Source: an uncultured Flavobacterium sp.
Lineage (GTDB): Bacteria > Bacteroidota > Bacteroidia > Flavobacteriales > Flavobacteriaceae
Direction: 5' to 3'
DNA: 64,000 bases
Assembly (NCBI GenBank): GCA_964610785.1
Contig: CAZSZH010000003.1
Span: 11,390 to 75,389 of the forward strand
Shown: one piece after another, positions 19,436 through 27,712 of the stretch
Numbering within the stretch: the first letter of the stretch is position 1
Layout: each line of letters begins with the position of its first letter
Made by a program: the position numbers and the translations under genes
Notes under the pieces: model-generated
What the model was told of the DNA's origin: nothing
What the model saw: the letters and a program-made list of their open reading frames with translations, nothing else
Databases searched by the model: none

Positions 19436-20452
19436 CTAAAAATTATTTATCATTTCATTAGACAGTTTTTTCCATTTTAAAAAAACTTTATGAATTACTT
19501 TATGAAATAATATCTTATGGAATAATTTATTTTTTACAAAGTAACTTGGTTTTGAGATTTTTTTTTGTTTGTGAAATCCACTACTTAAAGATTCCAAATT
19601 AGCTTTCATAAGTCTACTCACTTCAACCTCCATCCAATCTTCGATAGTGTTTCCCATATGGTAAGCATAATTATCCTCGGTAGTAACCCTCCAATAATCT
19701 TTTTCTAAAGGCAATAAATCAAGATATCCTTCGCTTGTTCCTCCGAGTTTAAAACCAATATAAGAAACTAGATTTTCAAAAATATCTTTTTTATAAGTGG
19801 CTACAAAATGACCCGAACCAAGAAATACTTTACCTGAATTAGGTAACTCCAAGCCAAGGCTGTATTTTAAATAATTTTGATTATAGTCTCTCTTCCATCC
19901 AATACTATCATAAAATTTGATGAGGGCAGCTTGGTTTTTAATGGAATAGAATTGGAGTCTTTTATTAAAAAAATTACTCCAAATAGCATTGGAGCTGTTG
20001 GATTTATAAAGTGTAAATTGAGGAACTATTCCTACTACTCCAACTTTGGGTAGTTGGCTAAATATAGTATTCGTTTCAGATTGCCAGTTGGATAGAAAAA
20101 GCACATCTGCATCTGAAATGGTAACTAATTCAATGTTATTGCCTGCAAGTCCTTTTAATATTGCATTAAGTTTTCCGATATTTTCAGTATGAATAAGCTC
20201 GTGAATTTTATTAGCAGCAAAAAAGTCATCTAAATATTCTTTTACTTCTACGCAACTTCCATTATTAACAATGGTTATAAAAGTTTTATCATGAACCGTT
20301 TTAAAAAGGGACTGCAAACAAAGTTGAAATATTTTAAAACTATCTTTAAAATACCCATTTTGGTTGGGAATGTAAACCGGAATAATTATTTGATGTAAAT
20401 ACTCTGATTTATCGTGAGGTATATCTTTATGTGGATTGTATCCTACTCGCAT
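19436..20452 (-). CDS. Glycosyltransferase family 2 / GT-A fold
   Basis: IIIPVY, IVNNGS, NIGK and SDADV motifs. Confidence 0.8.
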   Translation of the reverse strand: MRVGYNPHKDIPHDKSEYLHQIIIPVYIPNQNGYFKDSFKIFQLCLQSLFKTVHDKTFITIVNNGSCVEVKEYLDDFFAANKIHELIHTENIGKLNAILKGLAGNNIELVTISDADVLFLSNWQSETNTIFSQLPKVGVVGIVPQFTLYKSNSSNAIWSNFFNKRLQFYSIKNQAALIKFYDSIGWKRDYNQNYLKYSLGLELPNSGKVFLGSGHFVATYKKDIFENLVSYIGFKLGGTSEGYLDLLPLEKDYWRVTTEDNYAYHMGNTIEDWMEVEVSRLMKANLESLSSGFHKQKKISKPSYFVKNKLFHKILFHKVIHKVFLKWKKLSNEMINNF

Positions 20453-20461
20453 TATTGCAGA

Positions 20462-21310
20462 TTAATTATTTTGAATACTTGCAATGGCGTCTCTTCCTTT
20501 AATAAAAATATAATCAGCACTTCCGTCATAATCTTCAACCAAAATCAAGCTGGCTTTATCATCAATTTTATAAATATGTTCAAAATTTTTTTCTTTTAGA
20601 GAAGTTATGATTTCTTTACAAATTTCTATACCATTAATTTCTGTAACTAATTCAATTATTAAAATACAATTATCAAATTTTTTAAAAATTTCATCAGCTC
20701 CTTGTATTACTTCTCTTTCAAACCCTTCAACATCAATCTTTACAATAAAATTTTCACCTATTATATTATCTCTAAAAGCATTTAATTTAGTTACGGGAAT
20801 AATAATTCTCTCATTAAAGTTTTGATCAAAATTTACTTTTATTGAATGTTTACCCTTGTTCCATCCTTTGTTTACGTTTAGTACATTGTTGCCAATAACA
20901 TCACCTAAACCCATTCTAAAAGGTCTAATATTCTCAATATTGTTTAATCCAATATTTTTAATAAAACTCAAAAAATTAGTAGGTTCTGGTTCAAAAGAAA
21001 AAACTTCTATTTTATTATTTATGGTTGCAGCAGTTAAAGAGTGAATTCCAATATTAGCACCGATATCAATTAAATTATAATTTTTAGTTGCATATTTTTT
21101 TATCAAATCTAAGATAATTTGTTCTGAATAACCTCCAAATATTATACTGGATTCTATTGCTGAATTATTACTCAAATAAATTTTAAATCCATTAAAATTC
21201 ATAATAATTTTTTTATCTCCTATTATAATCTTTATTACCTTTTTAAATCTATTTTTTTTTAAATAAAAATTATAAATTTTAAGAAGAATTTTTATTATTA
21301 GTTGTCTCAT
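20462..21310 (-). CDS. FkbM-family methyltransferase
   Basis: IDIGANIG, FEPEP and VKIDVEGFE motifs. Confidence 0.9.
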   Translation of the reverse strand: MRQLIIKILLKIYNFYLKKNRFKKVIKIIIGDKKIIMNFNGFKIYLSNNSAIESSIIFGGYSEQIILDLIKKYATKNYNLIDIGANIGIHSLTAATINNKIEVFSFEPEPTNFLSFIKNIGLNNIENIRPFRMGLGDVIGNNVLNVNKGWNKGKHSIKVNFDQNFNERIIIPVTKLNAFRDNIIGENFIVKIDVEGFEREVIQGADEIFKKFDNCILIIELVTEINGIEICKEIITSLKEKNFEHIYKIDDKASLILVEDYDGSADYIFIKGRDAIASIQNN

Positions 21311-21318
21311 TTTTTTGT

Positions 21319-22584
21319 TTAACTAAAAATCATATCAAAATCCATTAGAATTTTGCTTTGTTTTTCTGGCACAATCTTTCCATTATTAAAAAAATCACCA
21401 GATTCAACGATTATCTGAAATGCATTTTCAATAAAATCTGATACCTCATCATCAACAGTCAAAAATATAGTTGCAAAATAGATTCCATTATTAAAATTAT
21501 TTCTTGGATAATGAATCAAAATAGATTCAGGAACTAGTTCATTGTTAATTTTAACTAAACTAGAGCTCACCCAAGAATAACGTTGTCCAAAATCATCCTC
21601 AATTCGAACATCAAATCTAATTCTATTACATGAAATACTATGATTATTTTGTAACTTAAACAAAATATTTAACTTTTGCCCGGAAACTACATTTTGTAAT
21701 TCATCATTACCAAAAATAGTTACCTTCTCAAATTTAACAATTCCATTACCTTTTCGACCTCTAGAATTTATAAGTTCATTTGAAAATGAATTTCCTTGCA
21801 AATACTTAGAAATAGATTCATTAATAGCTCCATCAAATACTAACTGACCATTCTCAAGAATTATTCCTTTATCACACAAATTCTTAACTGCTGCCATATT
21901 ATGGCTAACAAATAATACGGTTCGTCCATCACCTTTGCTAATATCTCCCATTTTACCGAGGCATTTCTTTTGGAAATCAGCATCGCCTACTGCAAGTACT
22001 TCGTCTACAATTAGGATTTCACTCTCTAAATGAGCCGCAACGGCAAAAGCCAAACGAACGTACATAACGGAAGAGTATCGTTTTACAGGTGTGTCTATGT
22101 ACCGCTCGACTCCCGAAAAATCGATGATTTCGTCTAACTTTCTAGTGATTTCCTTTTTTCGCATTCCGAGAATAGCTCCATTCAAATAAATGTTTTCTCG
22201 TCCTGATAACTCCGGATGGAAACCTGTACCCACCTCAAGTAAACTTGCAATTCTTCCTTTTACTTTAATTTCACCAGTTGTTGGACTAGTTACGCGAGAA
22301 AGCAATTTTAACAAGGTACTTTTTCCTGCTCCATTCTTACCAATAATTCCAACAGCATCTCCCTGATTGATTTCGAAATTTATATCTTTCAAAGACCAAA
22401 CAATGTCACTTTTCCCTTTAGTGCTTCTATCATTACTTTCGCCAATTTTAAGAAATGGATCTTCTTTTCCTAAAATTTTAGTTACCCAAAATCGCTCTAA
22501 ATCGCGCGAAATAGTTCCAGTACCAATTTGTCCAATTTGGTAAGCTTTTGATAAGTTTCCGACTTGTATTACTGGTTTACTCAT
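21319..22584 (-). CDS. wzt: Polysaccharide ABC transporter ATP-binding protein with a C-terminal Wzt_C-type domain; atypical signature YSSVM
   Basis: Walker A GKNGAGKST, Walker B ILIVDE, H-loop VSHN, GFHPELSGRENI and a ~170-aa C-terminal extension. The signature reads YSSVM instead of YSSGM. Confidence 0.93.
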   Translation of the reverse strand: MSKPVIQVGNLSKAYQIGQIGTGTISRDLERFWVTKILGKEDPFLKIGESNDRSTKGKSDIVWSLKDINFEINQGDAVGIIGKNGAGKSTLLKLLSRVTSPTTGEIKVKGRIASLLEVGTGFHPELSGRENIYLNGAILGMRKKEITRKLDEIIDFSGVERYIDTPVKRYSSVMYVRLAFAVAAHLESEILIVDEVLAVGDADFQKKCLGKMGDISKGDGRTVLFVSHNMAAVKNLCDKGIILENGQLVFDGAINESISKYLQGNSFSNELINSRGRKGNGIVKFEKVTIFGNDELQNVVSGQKLNILFKLQNNHSISCNRIRFDVRIEDDFGQRYSWVSSSLVKINNELVPESILIHYPRNNFNNGIYFATIFLTVDDEVSDFIENAFQIIVESGDFFNNGKIVPEKQSKILMDFDMIFS

Positions 22585-23459
22585 TATATAGTATCAACAA
22601 AATTCTTTTCGGTTTTATTGAAAATTAGGATCCCCAAAAACAAAATAATTAGTGTGATTATTGATGAATAACCTATACTCCAAAGACTAAATTCTCCTTT
22701 CCCTAAAAAGGAATATCTAAACGCTTCAATTATTCCAGTCATCGGATTATATTCTATTAATTTTGACATTTCTCCAAATTTTTTTCTGGCTTCACTTAAT
22801 GGATAAATAACCGTTGTTGAATACATTAACAACTGAACACCAAAGGTTACTAAAAAAGTTAAATCTTTATATTTAGTTGTCATTGCTGTAATGACTAATC
22901 CAATTCCTAAGCCTAATAAAGCCATTAAAATAACTAGAAATGGAACAATTAAAACACCATACGTAATAGTAAAAGTTGCACTGCCTTGTGGAAAAATATA
23001 AAAATAAATCATCATCAACACAAACAATAACATCTGAACTCCAAATCGTACCAAGTTACTCACGACGATACTCAATGGCATAATTAATCTTGGAAAATAT
23101 ACTTTACCAAAAATACTGGCATTGTCTTTAAAAACAGTACTGGTTTTAGTTAAACAATCTGAAAAATAATTCCAAGAAGTAATTCCCGCTAAATAGAATA
23201 ATTGTTGTGGCAAACCATCTGTACTCATTCCAGCAAGATTACCAAAAATAAATGTAAAAACTAATGTTGTAAATATGGGTTGAATAAAAAACCAAAGTGG
23301 ACCAAGAATAGTTTGTTTATAGAAACTAACAAAATCTCTCTTCACAAACATTACCAATAAGTCTCTGTAAGCCCAAAGATCTTTGAATTTTAAATCAAAA
23401 AGGGAGGTATGTCCTTTTATTACTAAATCCCAATCTGATAATTCATGTGTAGATTTCAT
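22584..23459 (-). CDS. wzm: Polysaccharide ABC transporter permease
   Basis: YKQTILGPLW, KVYFPR and NPMTGIIEAFR motifs; about 6 TM segments; 1-bp overlap with wzt. Confidence 0.93.
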   Translation of the reverse strand: MKSTHELSDWDLVIKGHTSLFDLKFKDLWAYRDLLVMFVKRDFVSFYKQTILGPLWFFIQPIFTTLVFTFIFGNLAGMSTDGLPQQLFYLAGITSWNYFSDCLTKTSTVFKDNASIFGKVYFPRLIMPLSIVVSNLVRFGVQMLLFVLMMIYFYIFPQGSATFTITYGVLIVPFLVILMALLGLGIGLVITAMTTKYKDLTFLVTFGVQLLMYSTTVIYPLSEARKKFGEMSKLIEYNPMTGIIEAFRYSFLGKGEFSLWSIGYSSIITLIILFLGILIFNKTEKNFVDTI

Positions 23460-23509
23460 TTATATTAATTTCACAAAAGAATTAAACTTTTGTATTTTAT
23501 ATATACTGG

Positions 23510-23517
23510 CAAATATA
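23510..23517 (-). promoter_or_regulatory. Bacteroidota -7 promoter box (TATATTTG) for the wzm-led operon
   Basis: Exact TAnnTTTG 50 nt upstream of the wzm ATG in a 135-bp intergenic gap. Confidence 0.65.
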
Positions 23518-23594
23518 ATAATTAAAGAGAATTAATTAGGAATTTTTACCTTATTGAATATAAAAAATCTATTTGATAAAACAATTGAATATAT

Positions 23595-25571
23595 CTATTG
23601 TAAATTATCTAGAGTTTGAAAAACAGAATTTAAACTCTTATATTCTGGAACAATTTTTTTCATTTTTGTAACCAATTCTGTTGGATTCGCTTCAATTGCA
23701 CTTTGAATTAATTCTTCCACTTTCTGATTTACAACCTTATACTCATCACATACTTCTTGAGCAATCATAATTTTTTCATGATATGTGGCAAGGTTTTTTG
23801 CGGAATCATTTAATAATTCTTCAAATAATTTTTCACCTGGTCTTAATCCGACAATTTTTATTGATATGTCTTTATCAGGAATGAATCCAGCTAAACGAAT
23901 CATCTTTCTAGCTAAATCTATAATCTTTACCGGTTTTCCCATATCAAATATGTATATTTCACCTCCATTTCCCATTGTTCCTGCTTCCAATACTAATTGA
24001 CAAGCTTCAGGAATGGTCATAAAATAGCGAATAATATCAGGATGAGTAATTGTTATTGGTCCTCCTTCTTGAATTTGTTTGGTAAATAATGGTACAACCG
24101 AACCATTAGACCCTAAAACATTCCCGAAACGAGTGGTGATAAATTTGGTAAAACGTTCAGAATTGTTTTTTTCATGTTTAAAATGTTTTGATTGTACATA
24201 CATTTCAGCAATTCTTTTACTGGCACCCATTATACTACTTGGATTTACAGCTTTATCTGTAGAAACCATTACAAATCGATCCACGTTGTGTTTGTTAGAT
24301 AAATCAGCAATATTTTTAGTCCCTAACACATTTGTTAAAATAGCTTGTGACGGATTTTCTTCCATCATTGGAACATGCTTATACGCTGCAGCATGATAAA
24401 CTACATCAGGTGAATACTTTTCAAAGATTTTATCTAAAACTTTATAATCCCTTACATCAGCTATTACGTTAAAAACTTTTATTTTATGATTTTTTTCTAA
24501 AATCTCTAAAGATAATGAATGAAGTGGAGTTTCTGCTTGATCTAATATTATTATCTTCTTTGGTTGAAATAAAAGAACTTGTCTTACTATTTCACTTCCA
24601 ATTGAACCTCCTGCTCCAGATACTAATATAGATTTACCTTTTAAGTTTGACGATATAGTTTCAGTATTCAATACAATTGGTTTACGTTCTAATAAGTCGT
24701 GAATTTCAAAGTTTTTAATTTTTTTTGAAATCTCTTTTTTATCATCCCAGTCAGAAACTAAAGGTAATGTAAATACTTTAAATCCATATTCAATACATTC
24801 ATCAACCAAAATTAATCGTTCCTCTTTTGATAAACTATTGTCAGCAATGATTAATGCCTCTACTTTTTCATGTCGCATTAATACTGAAATTGTTTTCTTC
24901 ACTTGAAAAATAGGAAGATCTAAAATACGCTTTGTTGAGTTTTGATTATTCTTATCGATGAAACCAACTAGTTTAAATCTACAAGGAGTTTCAGATTTAA
25001 GAGCGTTAGCAACAGCTATTGCATTAGCATCTGACCCATAAATGATAGCTGGCATTTTCTTATGGACACCAGCTTCAACAAATAGTTTTTCATAAGTCTG
25101 TTTTACAATTATTCTATATATAAATAATAAACTAAATGACAATACAGAATTTATAAAAGCTCCAGTTGTTAAAAAAAATTTATGCTTGTCAAATAATAAA
25201 ATTATAGTGTTTAACACTATCAAAAATATAAAGGTAGCAAACTGTGCAAAAAATAATTTTAATGCGTCTGTATAAGAGGAATGTCTAATAATGCCCGAAT
25301 AAGTTTTAAAAATCCAAAAAAAGAATAAATTAATTAACACATAAAAAACTAATCCATGTGAAAAATATTTACTCGAAATATATTCTAAATTCAGTCCATT
25401 AAACAATCTAATAGTAATAACGCTTGAAATTAAAACAATTGAAATATCGAGAACCAAAATCATCCATCTAGGAAGATAGTTTAAGTTTTTCATATTAAAA
25501 CGTAAGTTAATCTTTACTAGCGTATTAAAAAAATCGGACCAAAAGGAATTGTTAGTAGTTTTATTCAACAT
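23595..25571 (-). CDS. Membrane-bound UDP-GlcNAc 4,6-dehydratase (PglF/CapD/WbpM family)
   Basis: N-terminal TM helices, IYGS, VSGAGGSIGSE, HAAAYKHVP, STDKAVNP, RFGNVLGSNGSV and GLRPGEKL. The true start may be a downstream Met. Confidence 0.93.
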   Translation of the reverse strand: MLNKTTNNSFWSDFFNTLVKINLRFNMKNLNYLPRWMILVLDISIVLISSVITIRLFNGLNLEYISSKYFSHGLVFYVLINLFFFWIFKTYSGIIRHSSYTDALKLFFAQFATFIFLIVLNTIILLFDKHKFFLTTGAFINSVLSFSLLFIYRIIVKQTYEKLFVEAGVHKKMPAIIYGSDANAIAVANALKSETPCRFKLVGFIDKNNQNSTKRILDLPIFQVKKTISVLMRHEKVEALIIADNSLSKEERLILVDECIEYGFKVFTLPLVSDWDDKKEISKKIKNFEIHDLLERKPIVLNTETISSNLKGKSILVSGAGGSIGSEIVRQVLLFQPKKIIILDQAETPLHSLSLEILEKNHKIKVFNVIADVRDYKVLDKIFEKYSPDVVYHAAAYKHVPMMEENPSQAILTNVLGTKNIADLSNKHNVDRFVMVSTDKAVNPSSIMGASKRIAEMYVQSKHFKHEKNNSERFTKFITTRFGNVLGSNGSVVPLFTKQIQEGGPITITHPDIIRYFMTIPEACQLVLEAGTMGNGGEIYIFDMGKPVKIIDLARKMIRLAGFIPDKDISIKIVGLRPGEKLFEELLNDSAKNLATYHEKIMIAQEVCDEYKVVNQKVEELIQSAIEANPTELVTKMKKIVPEYKSLNSVFQTLDNLQ

Positions 25572-25609
25572 ATTTATTTTAGTAGGTAAATTTATAAATA
25601 AATATCAAG

Positions 25610-26758
25610 TTAAAAGTTAAAAGATTCAAGACATTTTTTAATTCGATTTTTATCTTCTGATGTCAAATTTGACCCCGAAGGAAGACACAATCCATCTTCA
25701 AACAATTGCTCAGAAACTTTTCCGCCGTAATAGGGTGCTTCCGAAAAAATAGGTTGTAAATGCATTGGTTTCCATAGCGGACGACTTTCTATATTCTCGC
25801 TTTCAAGTAATAATCTTAAATCTTCTCTAGTTTTATGTAATATTTTTTTTGAATCAATAATAATCGCAGATAACCAATGATTTGAAAAATAATCTTGATT
25901 TGGTTCAGAAAACAGTTCTATTCCTTCAATAGAAGAGAAGATTTCTTTGTAAAACTGATGCATCTCTCTTCTTTTAGCAACATGTTCATCTAAAACCTCC
26001 ATCTGTCCTCTTCCAATTCCCGCACAAATATTACTCATTCTATAATTATATCCTATCTCACTATGCTGATAATGAGGCGCATTATCTCTAGCTTGAGTCG
26101 CTAAAAAAACTGCTTTTTCTTTTATTTCTTTAGTTTTAGAAACAATTGCGCCACCACCAGAAGTAGTAATAATTTTATTTCCATTAAAAGACAATACGCT
26201 TATATCACCAAAAGTTCCACATTTGTCACCCTTATAAATGCTACCAAGCGCTTCTGCACTATCTTCCAAAATTGGAATCTCATATTGGTTAGCAATTTGT
26301 CTAATTTCATCCACTTTAAAGGGCATTCCATACAAATGGACGGCAATAATAACTTTAGGTTTCTTCCCTTTTGAAATTCTGGCTTTTATGGCTTCTTCAA
26401 GAACATTTGGACAAATATTCCAAGTTTCTGGTTCACTATCTATAAAAACAGGTGTTGCACCCAAATAAGCAATGGGATTAGCAGATGCAGAGAATGTCAT
26501 ACTCTGACAAATTACTTCATCTCCGGCTTTTACACCTAATAAAATCAATCCAAGATGAAGTGCAGCGGTTCCTGAACTTAATGCACCCACAAAAACATCT
26601 TCACTTAAATAATTTTCTAAATCCTGCTCAAAACCAGTAACATTAGGTCCTAATGGAGCTACCCAATTGGCATCAAAAGCTTCTTTGATATATTTTTGTT
26701 CATTTCCTCCCATATGAGGGGAAGAAAGCCAAATTTTTGAATTAGAAATAATACCCAT
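25610..26758 (-). CDS. DegT/DnrJ/EryC1/StrS PLP-dependent aminotransferase (PglE-like)
   Basis: SSGTAALHL, VHLYG, EDSAEALG, SFNGNKIITTSGGG (PLP Lys), GYNYRMSN and CLPSG motifs. Confidence 0.93.
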   Translation of the reverse strand: MGIISNSKIWLSSPHMGGNEQKYIKEAFDANWVAPLGPNVTGFEQDLENYLSEDVFVGALSSGTAALHLGLILLGVKAGDEVICQSMTFSASANPIAYLGATPVFIDSEPETWNICPNVLEEAIKARISKGKKPKVIIAVHLYGMPFKVDEIRQIANQYEIPILEDSAEALGSIYKGDKCGTFGDISVLSFNGNKIITTSGGGAIVSKTKEIKEKAVFLATQARDNAPHYQHSEIGYNYRMSNICAGIGRGQMEVLDEHVAKRREMHQFYKEIFSSIEGIELFSEPNQDYFSNHWLSAIIIDSKKILHKTREDLRLLLESENIESRPLWKPMHLQPIFSEAPYYGGKVSEQLFEDGLCLPSGSNLTSEDKNRIKKCLESFNF

Positions 26759-26787
26759 AAATTAGTATTTTTATAAAATTATAGATA

Positions 26788-26795
26788 CAAATGTA
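26788..26795 (-). promoter_or_regulatory. -7 promoter box (TACATTTG) for the aminotransferase-dehydratase pair
   Basis: Exact TAnnTTTG 29 nt upstream of the ATG at 26758, in a divergent intergenic region. Confidence 0.65.
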
Positions 26796-26861
26796 ATATA
26801 TATTAGCCATCTTAAATAAAATTAATACTAATATTTATTTTATTTAAAATACCATTTATAG

Positions 26862-27635
26862 ATGATTAATATTTCATTATTTTTACAAAAAAATACTTTG
26901 ATACATTTTTTTAAGCAAAAACCTTACTTACAAGATTTAATTCCAGATAATTATATTGACATTCACTCTCATTTAATGCCAGGTATTGATGATGGTGCAC
27001 CAACAATTAATGAAACTACACAACTCATAAAAGGTTTAGAAAAAATAGGTTTTACCAAATTTATTACGACACCTCATGTTATGGGAGAAGTTTGGAATAA
27101 TTCAAAAAAATTAATTGAAGAAACTTACTCCGATACTATAACTAAACTTACTATTCCAAATATTGATTCAAAATTGAAAGTTGCCGCGGAATATATGATT
27201 GACAATGAATTTAGAGAACTATTTAAAAAAGAACCTCTACTTACCTTAAAAGACAATTACGTATTAGTAGAAATGTCTTATTTAAATCCGCCGTTTCAAT
27301 TATTTGAAATATTGTATGAACTTCAAGAATATGGATACCAGCCCGTGTTAGCTCATCCTGAACGCTATAATTTTTATCACAATTCAATACATAATTACAA
27401 AAAACTGAAAGAAATTGGATGTCTCTTTCAATTAAACATGCTGTCTACTGTAGGTTATTACGGCAAAAATGTGTCTAAAATTAGTGATGATTTAATTTCT
27501 AATAATCTAATAGATTTTATAGGTTCAGATGTACATCATTTCAAACATTTAGAAAGTATTAAGAAAAAAGTAATTATAAAAAAACATGATTATTTAACAC
27601 CAATTTTTGTAAATAATCATATTTTTAATTTCTAG
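26862..27635 (+). CDS. CpsB/CapC-family (PHP) protein-tyrosine phosphatase
   Basis: DIHSHLMPGIDDGA, TPH, LAHPERY and GSDVH motifs. The only plus-strand gene in the polysaccharide region. The start may be the TTG at 26898. Confidence 0.92.
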   Translation: MINISLFLQKNTLIHFFKQKPYLQDLIPDNYIDIHSHLMPGIDDGAPTINETTQLIKGLEKIGFTKFITTPHVMGEVWNNSKKLIEETYSDTITKLTIPNIDSKLKVAAEYMIDNEFRELFKKEPLLTLKDNYVLVEMSYLNPPFQLFEILYELQEYGYQPVLAHPERYNFYHNSIHNYKKLKEIGCLFQLNMLSTVGYYGKNVSKISDDLISNNLIDFIGSDVHHFKHLESIKKKVIIKKHDYLTPIFVNNHIFNF

Positions 27636-27655
27636 ATTATTCTTTTGCTTAACAG

Positions 27656-27694
27656 TAAAAAGGTAGTTTCATGAATCATGAAACTACCTTTTTA
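27656..27694. terminator. Bidirectional intrinsic terminator between the convergent phosphatase and wzc genes
   Basis: Perfect 18-bp inverted repeat TAAAAAGGTAGTTTCATG-aat-CATGAAACTACCTTTTTA with A/T tails on both sides. Confidence 0.85.
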
Positions 27695-27712
27695 TTTTTT
27701 AAAGAATTCTTA

